The position numbers and the translations under genes are program-made. A stretch of 64,000 nucleotides of DNA from the human T2T-CHM13v2.0 reference genome, Homo sapiens, in assembly GCF_009914755.1 (NCBI RefSeq), contig NC_060930.1. The stretch is one strand, 5' to 3'. Below are positions 36,376-50,419 of the stretch, piece by piece (the first letter of the stretch is position 1; every line of letters begins with the position of its first letter). The notes under the pieces were generated by a model. It worked only from the letters and a program-made list of their open reading frames with translations, was not told the DNA's origin and made no database searches.

Positions 36376-39300
36376 CAAACCATGTTATTAGTAATATTGC
36401 CTAAAGAATTAAATGAATAGACAAATGCATTACTATTACCTTTCTAGCTATCAAAAAATAGTAAAAGTATGATATTTGATCTCAAACGAATTTTAGTGTT
36501 GAGTACATACACATTTTTTTTTTCTTTTCAGTGTTACAAATTCTTTGGAAATGTGAACAATTTTTCTGTTGTTAAACTTGTCTTGAGATGACATACCTGA
36601 TGTGAAAGATGTGAAATACAACCCCCTCCCATTTTTCAAAATAATTTGAAGCTAAAACTTTAAATATAAATTTTTACGTCTTAAATATAATAACATACAT
36701 AATAATAAAGTACAAAAATTAATTATGCTAAAATAATGTAGAGATTTAAAAATATTTATACCTGATGATGCTTTAATATGTATGGTTTATACATATATAC
36801 ATCCATTACATATACATATAATTAAGAAGTCTTCAAAATTTTATTATCTTTATTTGAGTCCTCCCAATAATAAATCATTGAACAAAGAATAATTTAGGAT
36901 GTAGAAATGATGTTTGGTTCCTAGAATATACTATAATCACCCTGCCAGATTACTGCTTGCTTTATCATGTACTGATGAAAGTATCTCTTTCTATTGTTAT
37001 TTTTTTAGTTCAGGAAATTATTACGAGATATAATATTTTCAAAATTGATTTGAATTTTTGAATGATTTTTAGTTTTAGTAAAGAATAATTTCCTAAGGAA
37101 GAAAGTTGTGAAATCAAGACAGATCATGATTAAATAAAGTTCAATTTTGAGAAGACTGATATATAATTTAATGAGAAAGTTTAAATGTTTACATAGAACA
37201 TTTCTATTTTCTGGAAGAAATAACTTTGTTTCTAAGATAAAAATAAGGAAATATGTATTTTAGAAAATTAGATATGAAACTATTACTAATTATAAAATAG
37301 TTTGTAAACACATTAATAACATGGCATATTGCTCACTCCTGCTTCTATGTCAAAGTGAACAGAAACAGACTTTAAATGATGGTGGAGAAGGAGGACGGAT
37401 ATGTGGGTGATGGAAAAACATAGCAGGTTTTTATTTCCTTTTGCTTAGTTGCTTTGACATGGTAAGTAAGTTAACTGGCATTTTAGAATCTCTGTTCATT
37501 AGGAATATATTTCTAAGTTTTATCTCCAATCTTCAATAAAATAGCAGTATTACAGGATTTAATGATTATTTTAAAAACATATATACACAGATACAATAGA
37601 GAAATGAAACAACTTGAGTGGTTGTCAAGATACGCTATTTTTCTGAGGACTCTGATTTTATCAGTTCTCCAGAATGCATAAGCACAAAAATCTCAAGGAG
37701 AAAAAGACATTTTATCCACATCAAGCTACAGAGTTGAACATTGAGGGGGCAACATTTGTAATAAAATGACTCACTTCACAATATAACATTTTGGCTACAG
37801 TGATTTTAATACATATTCTTCATTTATGACCTATGACACCTAACAGTCCTTCCTGGATAAACGCCTATGCACTGGAAGGGCCTTCTGTCCTCTGCAGGCC
37901 TCTGCACATCCAGCCTTTTTGTTTTTTCACAGCCTGCCTTGTGATTTCACTTCATACTGAAAAAAAAATTTTTTTTTGAAAAGAAAACAACAGACAAACA
38001 CGAATCAAGGCTTACAAACAAACAAAAGAAGTAACAACAACAAACTCTCTGCCTTCTGCTGCTTGAAGCAAATTCAGGGGTCTATTACTGAGTGTATCCG
38101 TACTAAATTAGGCTTTCCCCTGCTTTAGTACAATGGTACACAGTCTGAGTTGAAAATAAAGGTTACTCCTAATTTAGACAATGTTATATTTTGAATCTCA
38201 ACATCATTTGCATTTCTTCATTGTACATAGGTTACTCCTATACCAATAATAAAGTAGAACGGTTCATATTTAAGAAGATTAACTTCATGTTTTGCAGTTA
38301 TAATACATTTCAATAAAATAGAGAACAAAATAATTTTTCAAGGACATGCGTACTTGAGAGATTGCAAAACACTTGAGTTCACCAAAAAATCTAAACACTT
38401 CTGCATGAAATTCTAAGCTATAAAATCTGATCCTGCTCTTTTTTTCCTATTATCTGACAGAGAGATCTCGACTACCATTATTGCTCAACCCTGTGATGGT
38501 TGCTTTCTCTTAGCATGGGTGCCTTTCCCAAAGCTTTCCCAAACTTCTCATGCATTTTGGTACAACGTGGTAATGTGTCTGCATGCTAGTAATGTGCTAT
38601 TTCCTGACATTTGTGGTAGCTAAATACAGAAATATTTATCTTATTAAAATGCATAGCTCTGTACATTCATTTTGTGCATTTGCTTATATTCAAATTTTAA
38701 AAATACATTAACATTGTCATAAAATTTGCTTGTATTTAGTAGTGTCATGCTAAAAATGGTCTAGAATAGAAATAATTACTTAAATGAACTTTGAATGATT
38801 GAAAGGTTTTACAAACTCTATTTACAATGTAAGGCTACTGATTGGAGGATCTTGACTTGTGCTCACACTGTGCACAATAAAAATATTAATGATTGTATTT
38901 TGTAGATAGGATAATATGAGGTGTGTTATCTTCGATAGTTGCTGGTAAATAATCCTCAGTATATAAGTGGAAAGGATGTTAAATATGCATTGATATATGA
39001 ACTTTAACTATGGACTATTTTATTGATTTTGCATTTCTTTTAAGTACATTTTTATATACCCATTTCTTGTAGCAATAAAATTTGTATACTGTTTCTCTAA
39101 TTTTTAGTAATCTACACTATTTCCTTCAATAAAATAAGTGGTATTTACATAATTTAAAATATTAAAATTAAAGCTTATGTTTTTTAAAATAAGAAGTGAT
39201 GTACACTGTGCTATAATGCCTTTTATACATTGTTTAAAAGCCTCACATTTTTGTATTTTCTTAAAAAATATATTTTATTTTAGTTTGTCTTTATGGCAAG

Positions 39301-39774
39301 ATAGTGAGATATGGAACTAAACTTTATATTATTTCTTTTCTAGAATGCACTGCACCTATCACTGGTAGTTTTAAAATCTTCTATTTTTGTACAGTCTTGT
39401 AAGATAGACTCTAGGGTCTGAGTACTTTGTAAAGAATGTACTGTGAGTGAACAAAACAAAACAAACCACTCAAACAACCAAAAAAACCCTGGTGTTTTTA
39501 TCACCAAATGATTTTATTTTTAAATAATATTTTAAATAAATTAAATGCATTTGAAACCCTTCCATTCACTATTACAGTGTACTCATATTTCTAACGTTGA
39601 CTTGAGGTGTCACTAAGAAAGCTCTGATGTCATATTTAGATTTTCCCATTACTTTTCTACTTTTTATTTCATAAAGTTTAAAGTTACATGTTTGCATGTT
39701 AATCTACTAGAATATGCAACATAAATATTAGGCAATAATCAGAAAAACAGGCCAAAGAAATTCTCTTCTTAATC

Positions 39775-40119
39775 TGATATAGTTTGGCTGTGCCCCCAGC
39801 TAAATCTCATCTTGAATTCCCATGTGTTGTGAGAGAGACCTGGTGGGAGGTAATTGAATCATGGGGTCAGGCCTTTCCAGTGTCATTCTCATGATAGTAA
39901 GTCTCATGAGATCTGATGATTAGTATAAGGGGGAGTTTTCCTGCACAAGCTCTCTTCTCTCGTCTGCTGCCATGTGAGCCATGCCTTTCACCTTCTGCCA
40001 TGATTCTGAGAATTCCCCAGCCACATGGAACTGTGAGTTCTCCATTAAACCTCTTTCCTTGGTAAATTGTCCAGTCTCAGGGATGTCTTTATCAGCAGCA
40101 AAAAAACCAGACTAATACA
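39775..40119 (+). mobile_element. THE1B-like 5' LTR
   Basis: 'tgatatagtttggctgtgcccc...gggagttttcctgcacaagctctc...cagactaataca'. Confidence 0.93.
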
Positions 40120-40958
40120 CTAAATTTGTACCAGTAGAGTGGGGCACTGCTGAAAAGACAACTGAAAATGGGGAAGCATCTTTGGAACTGGGTAACAGGC
40201 AGAGGTTGGAACAGTTTGGAAGGCTCAGTAGAAGACAGGAAAATGTGGGAAAATTTGGAACTCCTTAGAGACTTATTGAATGGCTCTGACAAAAATGCTG
40301 ATAATGATATGAACAATGAAATGCAGGTTGAGGTGGTCTCAAATGGAGATGAGGAACTTGTTGAGAACTGGAGCAAGGGTGACTCTTGTTATGTCTTAGC
40401 AAAGAGACTTGTGGCATTTTGCCCCTGCCCTAGAGATTTGTGGAACTTTAAACTTGAGAGAGATGATTTAGGGTATCTGGTGGAAGAAATGTCTAAGCAG
40501 CAAAGCATTGAAGATGTAACTTGGGTGCTATTAAAGACATTCAGTTTTACAAGGGGAGCAGAGTATAAAAGTTAAGAAAATTTGCAGCCTGACAATGCAA
40601 TAGAAAATAAAATCCCATTTTCTGAGGAGAAATTGAAGCCAGCTGCAGAAATTTGACTCAGTAATGAGGAGCCAAATGTTATTCTCCAAAATAATGGGGA
40701 AAATGTCGCCAGGGTATGTCAGAGGTTTTCAGGCAGCTCCTCCCATCACAGGCCTGGAGGTCTAGGAGGAATAAATGATTTCGTGGGCCAGGCCAGGTTC
40801 CCAGTGCTGTGTGCAGTATAGGGACTTGGTTCTCTTGTCCCAGCTGCTCCAGTTGTGACTAAACAAGGGCCAAGGTATAGCTCAGACTGTGGCTTCAGAG
40901 TGTGCAAGCCCCAAGCTTTAGCAGCTTCCCCATGGTGTTGAGCCTGTAGATGCATTAG
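40120..40958 (+). mobile_element. THE1 internal sequence, 3'-truncated (no 3' LTR)
   Basis: 'taccagtagagtggggcactgctgaaaaga', plus ORF 40168-40575 carrying the MaLR ORF remnant 'WSKGDSCYVLAKRLVAFCPCPRDLWNF'. Confidence 0.92.
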
Positions 40959-41798
40959 ACAGCATAGACATGCATAGACAGCCCCACAGTATGACACTAG
41001 AAAACCATTATTTTATGACATCACATAGGAAAATATTTTAAAATCTAGGGAAGAAGAGAAAAAAATATTATCATGTAGTTCTGTAAAGCCTCATAAATCT
41101 GAGCAAGGCTGAAGCTATTAACAAAGGACAAGTGATTGAGGTCTCTCATTACAGCCTTTACATCTCTGCAGTCTTGAATTTTGATGATGTTCCTTCATTG
41201 TTCTTTTCCTCCCATTTTCCATTCCTCCTATTTTCCATTCTTCCCATTTTCCACTCCCTGGAAGTGCTTAATATAAAATAAAACAACTTGTTAATGACAT
41301 CAACTGTTTTACATTAGACTATTCAGATCTATTTTTATGACTACAAAAAGTAGTTTAAAGAGGAGCTTGCTAAAAAAGAAAAATGCTATGAACAAAACAG
41401 TGAGAAAATTAGCATGCAGTTTAAATTAGGTTGTAAAAAACCTATATTTTTTCCTTAATGATGTGAACAATTCCAACATATGTAATAGTTTATAATTTGG
41501 ATCTACTAATGGAGAAGACTCTTTTTCCTGTATTGCTTAGTATGTATGTCCCTAAAGTGATTGCTCACAATGAACATTCACATTTTTAAACTTTATTGGG
41601 TTAAGTAATCCTTTAGAATATCAGTTTCATTTTCTCTCTTAGATTATTTAAAATAATTTTTGGTATGCATTATTTGATAATGTATTGGGGTTGGGAAATA
41701 CATATATTTCTGCATATATTAAGGCACAAGTGTAGTAAACAGTTTAGAGATTGATTTGTAAGGTATTAATTTACCATTACTTAAAAACATGCTATATA

Positions 41799-42094
41799 GG
41801 CTGGGTGCAGTGGCTCATGCTTGTAATTTCAGCACTTTGGGAGGCCAAGGCAGGTGGATCACCTGAGGTCGGGAGTTCAAGACCAGCTTGACCAACATGG
41901 AAAAACCCTGTCTCTACTAAAAATACAAAATTAGCTGAGTGTGGGGGTGCATGCCTGTAATCCCAGGTACTTGGGAGGCTGAGGCAGAAGAATTGCTTGA
42001 ACCCAGGAAGCAGAGGTTGTGGTGAGCCGAGATAGTGCCATTGCATTCTAGGAGCAAAACTTTGTCTCAAAAATAAATAAATAAATAAATAAAC
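41799..42094 (+). mobile_element. AluSp-like, with a small right-arm deletion and (TAAA)n tail
   Basis: Diagnostics 'gtcgggagttc', 'tgaccaacatgga' and 'ccattgca'. TSD core aaacatgcta at 41785-41794 and 42095-42104. Confidence 0.92.
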
Positions 42095-42594
42095 AAACAT
42101 GCTACTATATATGTATAATTGAATGTTTAGTTTGTTAAAAAAAAAAAAAAAAAGTTCCTTTAGGATATCAAGGAAGATTCCGAAGCTAAATGATGCAACT
42201 CAGTTGGTGTCAACCTCTAATTAACAACATGCTGAAGTATTTACTGTATTTCAATCTTTTTACTTTCCATTGTTATGTGCTTTCTTATTTAATTATCACA
42301 ATTCCGTAATAATAACCAATTCAGTAAATTGGGTTTTATTATTCAATAAAGTCGGTATTATTAGAGATTTTAAAGGTTTTAGAAATCTAAATATTAAAGA
42401 GGTCCTATGCCTTACCTTGCAATTTTGCCCATGCAAAACAGTGGTGCTAGAATGTCAACTCAAATCTAACTTTAAATCTATTTTGTATGTTTAGTTTCTC
42501 TTATTATAAAACTTGTACAACTGAAATGGGAAATCATAATATAAAGCATTAAAAAATTCTGGAAATTGTTGGTAAAATTCCTAACTAAAATTCA

Positions 42595-42785
42595 TTTTGT
42601 GCATACTGTGTGTTTAGGTTTTAGTTCATTTAATTCTCACAACAAAGCATGGTGTATATATTACTCACTCAAGTTTGAGATTAAAAAAATGATGATTTGA
42701 AGAGGTCAATTTAACTTAGTCTATCATCATAAATCATGGGAAGGAATGGATACACCTGTGAGCTTCTTTAATTTTAACACATATA
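42595..42785 (-). mobile_element. MIR fragment
   Basis: 'ttcatttaattctcacaacaa...gagattaaaaaaatgatgatttgaagaggtcaa'. Confidence 0.6.
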
Positions 42786-44523
42786 ATCTTTAGTTCAACA
42801 TATGAAGACATAACGCAGGTTGATGAAACCTTGACTACATAATAGTTTCCAAAATTGCCCAAAATAGTTTTCGCAGAACAAGGATAAGTGTTGGGAAAAA
42901 GTGAAATATTATATTTGGAGGTAACTGTTGGTTTCCATTTTTAGATAAAAAGTAGAGAAGAAAAACTGATTAGATATATTATAGTAACATCTATTCAAAC
43001 AATGTACCTCTTAAATGTATTACAGTAATATAAATACCTGATTTTTAAAAAGAATGACTCCTTTAGAGTTTCAAAATGTCATTCATTGAAGATACATTGA
43101 ACTATGAGGCACCTAAAAGCATGGATGTGTTCAAAGACTGCTTGAAAAAGAAAATTATTTTGAGAAAATAAATGTTCTTTCATAGAGGCCAATGCAAATA
43201 AACTGTCTTTTTTGTCCACAATTTATTTGGTTTGTTACCAGGATATAGAGGGTTTTTAAGATTTCCATTAGTATTGTATTAATTTTAATTTATATTATTT
43301 AGATATAAATGGAATTAAATTCAAGAGGCTTTACATTTTACTTTCTGGATCCCATTAATTGGAAGACAAACAATCTCTTCATTAAGTTTGCAAAGATACC
43401 AAAATCCTCCTAGTTTTACCAAAAGTAAACTTCAGTGATACAAAGTCTTAGCAGCACATTGTAATTTAAAGAAGGATTTATGGCTGCATTCCTTTATATA
43501 GTATGGAATAAAATGTCCACAAAGGGACATTTTGATATGGATTCATAGTCACTCTTAAGTTCTTGCTGTTGTGGGAATTAAAGAGTTTAAAAAAGTATGC
43601 TTTAAAGGAAAAAATGATCGATTTGAAATTGAAATCAAATGCATAACATGAAAGCAAATATTGTGAGCGGCTGTTTTAAAAGCTGTGTTTTTGATTGTCT
43701 AGTTCAGTTATTAAGATGAATAAATAAAAGTAGCCTTCTTCATTGAGTAATGCTACATTTTTATCAGATACTAATATTTTTCCTTTAAAAATTCAAACTG
43801 AAAAGTCACATTGAACTTGGCACTTTCCCCCATTGGAAGCTGCATTAAAATAATAGTAAATAATTAAATAATGTATAAAATCACAATGAAAATTTGCTGA
43901 GGAATTTTTATATATTTCTAGAACATGGTAAGAATATAAACAAATATTCTTAATGAAACATAGCCTAAAAATACAGAGCTTTTCCAGGGCTTTTAATTGT
44001 GTTGGAAGCTGAACTGTTCAGGATGACCACAGAGACAGAGTTTTTTAGTATTAGGGGCACAGGTATAGCATCTTGGTTCTTTTTATAGCCATTTAAAATT
44101 CTGTATATAAAAAGGAATTAGGCTCTCATTTTTTTCTATTTCCTCTTCTGTATTTTTATGCTCAGAGACACTAATAAGTTGATATTCAGAGGCATAAAAC
44201 TGGTGGAATATTCTACAGAAAAGTAGAACAAAAATATTATAAGGAGTAGTACAGCTTATGTGGATTACAGAGCAATTAAATATCCCCAATAATAATGTAA
44301 AATTCATTCAATCACCCACTAACATGTAGCTGGTCAGTTAACATTCTGTGTCCGTGCAAGCAGGGCTCTCAATCTTGGTATTATGAATATGACTAAATAC
44401 CAAAAATTGCAATGTGTTGACAAAAACCTGAAAATCATTAAAGAAGAGGACAAAAATATCTTACCCTGGAAGAAAGTGAGATAATTAAGGCTAATGAAGG
44501 TAACATACAAATAAAATAAATTC

Positions 44524-44715
44524 ATAGGGAGATACCATCTCTACAAACATTTTTAAAATTTGCCAGGTGTGATGGTGAACATATGTAGTCCCAGCTGCTC
44601 AGGAAAGTGAAGTATGGAGACAGGTTGAGCCCTGGAAGTTGAAGTTGCAGTGAGCTATGATCATGCTACTGTATTCCAGTCTGGGTGACAGTGAGACTCT
44701 GTTTATAAATAAATA
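44524..44715 (+). mobile_element. AluJ, 5'-truncated (linker plus right arm)
   Basis: 'ccatctctacaaa...gccaggtgtgatgg...gtagtcccagctgctcagg...gcagtgagctatgatcatgctactgtattccagtctgggtgacag'. Confidence 0.85.
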
Positions 44716-45287
44716 GGACTCTCACAAATACCTTCCAAAATATTTTAAAAGATTTTGTAGGCAAAAAAAAAAAAAACAAAAAACAAAAAACCCCAAGAAC
44801 TAATGGCCACATAAAATAAGACTGCAAATTAAAATTAATTTTCAAAATTAATTTATTTTAAGGTTTCGAGTTAAAATTAATCTTCCTAAACATACAACAA
44901 ATATTAAAGTGAGACAGTTAAGAGGTAAAAAAGTAGGCATATAGCATGAATATCTAACATAGTGCACCCTTAAATGGGAAAGAGAGCAAAGGAAAGAAAA
45001 AAGTAACAAGTGTAATGAAAGAAAATGGGTCAGAGCCAATGAGAGCTTGAGTCTTTAAGGTGCTTAGCATGATTCTTTTACATAAGAATAAAAAAGCCTC
45101 AAGGAATGGTGAGTATAAATAAAAATAACCGTAACTAGATATATGACTAAAAATAAAAATTTAGAATGCCATGAAAAATAAGATGTTATTAAAGGGAAAA
45201 AATAAAAGTGTAACTATAAAGAAATAGAAATCATATAATATTTCATAACTTGTATGCATAATATTTTCAGAGTTATGAAAAATAATT

Positions 45288-45783
45288 GTACTAAGCCAGA
45301 CTTCTACATGCAGCCAACCTATGTTTAACATATATTGTCAATGCTACACCAATAACCCCAGTACTTTTAGTGACATGCACTCTCTATATACTTACAGTTG
45401 TCAGTATCTGCATACAAACTTTACTGAGTGCTCTCACTCCTGTAACAAGCTGCCTGCACATGACAGGCCATACAGGCTAAGGAAGTAAAATCCTCCACAA
45501 CCAATGACTCTTGAGGGCTGGAATACAAATACCTCTTTATCTCAGCTCTCTTTAGGGATAATTCTGAGGCATATATTTTACACTATTCCCCAGAGATTCT
45601 AGAGGGATTGAGCTCCAGCTACTCACTGAATAGCTGGGTTAGTAGCACACTTCCATTTACTACTTCTCTTCCCTCTAACATATCCCAAATTCTTTATAGC
45701 TGTCCCCTGCACGTCCCTCACAGAATTACTTGCACTCAAATTCTTTTCTTTGGATATGCTTCTAAGAGAACCCAAATAAACTT
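45288..45783 (+). mobile_element. LTR16-family (ERVL) solo LTR
   Basis: 'caaccaatgact...aaatacc...gggataattctgaggca...gggattgagctccag...tacttgcactcaaat...gaacccaaataa'. Confidence 0.8.
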
Positions 45784-45949
45784 ATGCATCAAATTAAAGG
45801 TAGAATGCAGACATATCAGTCAGAGGCACATAGAAAGGTTAAGTCCCAAAGACCCTTTCTTTGGTATGTATCTACTTACTTGACTTTTTTTTCTAAGAAT
45901 TTCACTTTCAATAACATTTTGTTCATCAGAGATGCATTTTTTTGTTTCC

Positions 45950-46240
45950 AGTACTTTGTCAACAAACATGAATTTGTACATATTTTGTGCTACGCATTTA
46001 GCTATGTGAGAAAAAGGACAGGAAAGTTACTTGTTCTAATGAAGCTAACTTCCTAGTGGGAAAAACAATTGCTGTATGAACAAGCGAATAAGCAATATAA
46101 CATAATTATAATCTGAAAAGACCATAAAATAAAGCCGGATGCTGAAAAAAAAATTCTAGGAGCAAATAAAGTTGAACAAGTGAAGTCATATAGGGAAATC
46201 TATGGTCATGAAATTTGTAGCCAGTCTACAGAATAGTAAG
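45950..46240 (-). mobile_element. L2a 3' fragment
   Basis: 'tcaacaaacatgaatt...ttgttctaatgaagctaacttcctagtggg'. Confidence 0.55.
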
Positions 46241-47379
46241 TCCAGATTGACACCAATATGTAGAACTAATCAGTAAATGTGACTATGGCAAACAAAAGGA
46301 TTCAGAAGACTAGGGTGCATGAGAGAAATCTTAGGCAAATTGGAGAATAATCAAAGAAGGTGGCACAGAAAACAAAGAAAGAAATTAAAAATACAAGGGG
46401 AAAGAAGACAAAAAAGTTCGAGAATAGTAAAATCCTAATATAAGGTTAACTAAGAACATGACACATTCCTGAGAAAATATAGATTAGAGCTCAATGAACT
46501 TTCATACTAAGAATACTAGCCTTTGATTTGTATAGGGTCATGAACCTGGGAGTTCTTTAAAGGAGATTATTTCATAATGAGATGCATGACCCTGCTTTCA
46601 TTACTATTTATATAGCATAATCATGTTGATTTCACATTTCAGAATGAACCTATAGACAAAACATTATCAATATTACTGTTACTTATAAAACAGAATATAC
46701 ACAATAACATGGATAATATAAAAGTGAAATTTGACAGAGGCAAAATGAGGGTTGGGTAGAAGAATTGGTAAAAGTACTGAGACCTCATGTTTGCTTAATA
46801 GGTGATTAGAGGGACACTCTGTATTAGGAGGAGCAAGAAATTACAGAAGTGTCCAGTGGGGAATATAAAGACATTGCTATAACCTTATTAGGAAAAGAAA
46901 AGGAGGGAAATTATTGTCATTTTTAAATGAGGCAAGCAATCCTTATCAAAATAATTTCATGAAGACATAATTATTTTGTCATGTAATATTAAAAAATAGA
47001 AGTCATTACCAGAAAACTAGAATTACAAAAAGCTAAGGAAGTAATCTTTGTATATTGACCTGAAGAATAAAGGTCAAATAATTCTTAGTTTTTATTTTCA
47101 AGGCCTTTTCTATTTTATTTCCTGTGCATCAATATCTTGCCTTAGAACGACAAAAGTCATATGAACAAAGTTAGGGTTAACATAACTGATTTTTGTTTTT
47201 AAAATACAATGAGTGAGAGAATTTAATCATCATTACTGTCCCTAAAATATTGTACTAGTTTTCTATATTTCCTTAAGAGAGAGAGTGCAGGAGGCCAGTA
47301 GGTTGACCTTTGGTGCTGCACCTGAGTCAGCTTCAAGTAAGCCAATATAATGTTAAGACATTCAGTAATTTAAAAAATA

Positions 47380-47632
47380 GCCCTTTTTGTTTGTAATAAT
47401 TTTAGATATAGTGAACAGTTGTACACATACTACAGCAAGTTCTCATACACATTCCCCTAGTATTCCCTAGCATTAACATCTTATATAATGAAGACACATT
47501 TGTTAATATTAAGCAATTAACATAACTATAATAGTATTAACATTAAGCTTTTATATTATTTCATAAACCTTTTACTAACGTCTGTTTTATGTCTCAAGAA
47601 ACAAATCAGGATACTACAATACATTTAATTAC
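47380..47632 (-). mobile_element. L1MC4/5-type 3' end fragment
   Basis: 'taataattttagatatag...ttaacatcttatataat...acatttgttaa...atcaggatactacaatacattta'. Confidence 0.65.
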
Positions 47633-48239
47633 CTTTTGGAGAAGAAGAAGTTAAAATCAGGTAAGCTTCTTATCAAAAGGGGCTGGAGTGTCAGGAGTGT
47701 TATAAGAAAATTGAGCTCCAATAAGAGAGTAAAGTTACTGAGGTGAATGTTTTGTTTGCCTATAGGTGATAATCATAGACTCAATCGAAATCTTTAGGAC
47801 TTTCTTCTAATAATATATTGAGCAACTAAAAATGTGAGACAGTACAACCAGTCTGTGCTCAAAGTGGATTCATTAATAAAACCTCTATAGATAACCAGTC
47901 ACATTCTTCCTCAGAAAGAATGACCAGATCTTGAGCCTCTCCTACCTTGGTTACTCTAAGATAGCTTAGAGGGATGAACCACTGTTGCCATTTCTGTTAT
48001 TCTCATACTCAGCCAAATAACCCAAATTTTTAAAAATGCTTTTAAGTTTCTAGTACACCAAATGCTCATTTCCAATGAAACTTAAGGCTGGGTTGGTACG
48101 AATGAAAATAGTCTCTTGTTACTTATTAAATGAGCCTTAAAGTCATTCTGTAATACATGCCATAATAGTGTTCACTTAGTTCACATTTTAGTTAAAATCA
48201 ATTAGAAGCCCTTATACGTTATGTCCATTTAAAAAAATT

Positions 48240-50410
48240 CATAAACTGTATTAGAGAAGTTTTTGGCTTACAGCAAAATTGAGCAGAAAGCTCTGATTTC
48301 CCCACCACACACACACAACTTCCCTCACTATCAACTTCTCCCATCAGAGTGGCACCTTTGCTATAATTGTTTAACCTACATAACCTGCATAATCTACCAC
48401 TCAAAGTCCATAATTCACATTAGGATTCACTCTTGGTGTTGTGCATTCTATGAGTTTTAACAAAGGTATAGTAATTTGTATTTGTCATTGGTAGTATTGC
48501 ATTAAATAGTTTCACTGATATAAAAACCTTCTTTGCTCTGTTAATCCCATTTACTTCCCTAATCCCTGGAAACCACTGATCTTTTCGCAGACAACATACC
48601 TTTACCTTTTCCAGGATGTTATAAAGTTGGAACCATACAGTATGTAGCCTTTTCAGATTGGCTTCTTTTACTTAGTAATATACATTTAAGTTTTCTTCGT
48701 GTCATTTCATAGCTCGATATCATAATTCATTTCTTTTTAGCACTGAATATTTCATTGGATATAGCACAGTTTATTTGTTGATTCACCTTCTGAAGAATAT
48801 GTTGTTTGATTCCAGGTCTTGGAAATCATAAGTGAAAATGCTATAAATATTCACCTGCAAGTCTTGGTGTGAACATACGTTTTGAACTCATTTGGGTAAA
48901 TGACAAAGAGTGCAATAGCTGAATTGCATGGTAAGACTGTGTTTAGTTTTCTAAGAAACTGCCACATTGTCTTCCAAAGTGAAAATATACTGTTTTGCAT
49001 TCCCATCAGCAGTGAATGAGAATTTCTGTTGCTCTACATCTTTGCCAGCGTTTGGTGCTTTCTGTGTTTTGAATTTTGATTATTCTAATGGATGTGTTTT
49101 GGTATCTCATTGTTGTTTAAATATGCATTTCCTTGATGGCATATGATAAGCGTCTTTCCATATGCTTACATGCAATTTGCATTGTTTTCAGTAAGATGTC
49201 ACTTCAGGATTTTGCGCCCCCCACCCCCCATACATAATTAGGTTTTTCATTTTCTTATTTTTGAGTTTTACAAATTATGTGTACATTTTGTAAAATAGCC
49301 TTTATTATATTTATTAAACAATAGTCCTTAACATTAGAAAATAATCTGCAAATTTTTTCTACCAGTTTGTGACATCTCCTCATTCTTTTGGCATTGTTTT
49401 TCACAGAACAAGAATTTTTCATTATAATCAAGCCTCATTAGTCAATTGTTTCTTTCATGTATCATAACTTTGGTTTTTCATCTGAAAAGTGATATCCATA
49501 CTCATTTATCTAGGTTTTCTTATGTTATATATTAGGAGTTTTATAGTTTCACGTTCTACATTTACTCCTATAATTCATTTTAATTTACCTTTTGTAAAAG
49601 ATAGAAGGTCTGTGTCTTTTATTTATTTATTACTTTTTGCACGTGGATGTCCAGGTTTTTAAATCATTATTGGTTAATATGACTATTTTTTTTCATTTAT
49701 TACATTTCCTTTTTTGTCAGTGATTAGTTGACTATATTTATGTGGGTTTAGTTCTAGATCCTCTATTCTTTTTAATCAATCTGTCCATTATTTTGCTACC
49801 ACACTGTCTTGATAATTGCAAACTTGTAGTAAGTCTTGAAGTTTGTTGGTGTCAGTCCTCTCACTATCTTGTTCTGCTTCAATATTGAGTTAATTATTTG
49901 AGTATTTTGCATCTCCATGACAACATTAGAGTAAGTTTGTTGACACAGGTATCCACAAAATAACCTTATTGAGGTTTTTAAAGGGATTGCATTCAGTCTA
50001 TAGATTAATTTGGGAAGACCTTAAAATCTTAAGAATATTGAGCCTTTCTGTCAATGGACATGAAATTCCTCTTCATTAATTTAATTATTTATCAGAGTTT
50101 TGTAATTTTCCTTATATAAAGTTGCGTGTATTTTGTTATATTTCTACCTAAGTGTTAAATTTTGGGGTGGTACAAAAGTAAATGGTATTTCATTTTTAAC
50201 CTCAAATTCCACATGATTATTGCTAGTATATAGAAAATTGATTGCCTATGGTACATTAACATTGTATCCTGTATCCTTGTTATAATTGCTGTTAGTTCCA
50301 GGAGTCTATTTGTCAAATATTTTTAATTTTCTACGTAGACAACTATGCCATCTGTAAACAAAGACAGTTTTATTTATTCATTCCCAATATGAATATGTTT
50401 TTCTCTTAAA
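48240..50410 (-). mobile_element. L1MC1-like element, 3' part
   Basis: 'cagcaaaattgagcagaaag...catcagagtggcacc...caaagtccataattcacattaggattcactcttggtgttgtgcattctatgag', then continuous antisense ORF2. Confidence 0.85.
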
Positions 50411-50419
50411 AATGCATTG

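Noticed and set aside
36512-37466. Strong-looking splice acceptor (T-rich...ttttcag, ~36531) and donor (atg|gtaagt, ~37461)
   Set aside because: They lie too far apart for a typical internal exon, with no open frame or transcript evidence. Such signals are common by chance.
40168-40575. 135-aa ORF as a host gene
   Set aside because: It is the THE1 internal ORF remnant.
44200-47120. Scattered A-rich segments resembling very old L1 ORF1/ORF2 (also ~9250-9990 and ~63760-63960)
   Set aside because: Similarity is too weak to assign a family or boundaries without an alignment tool.
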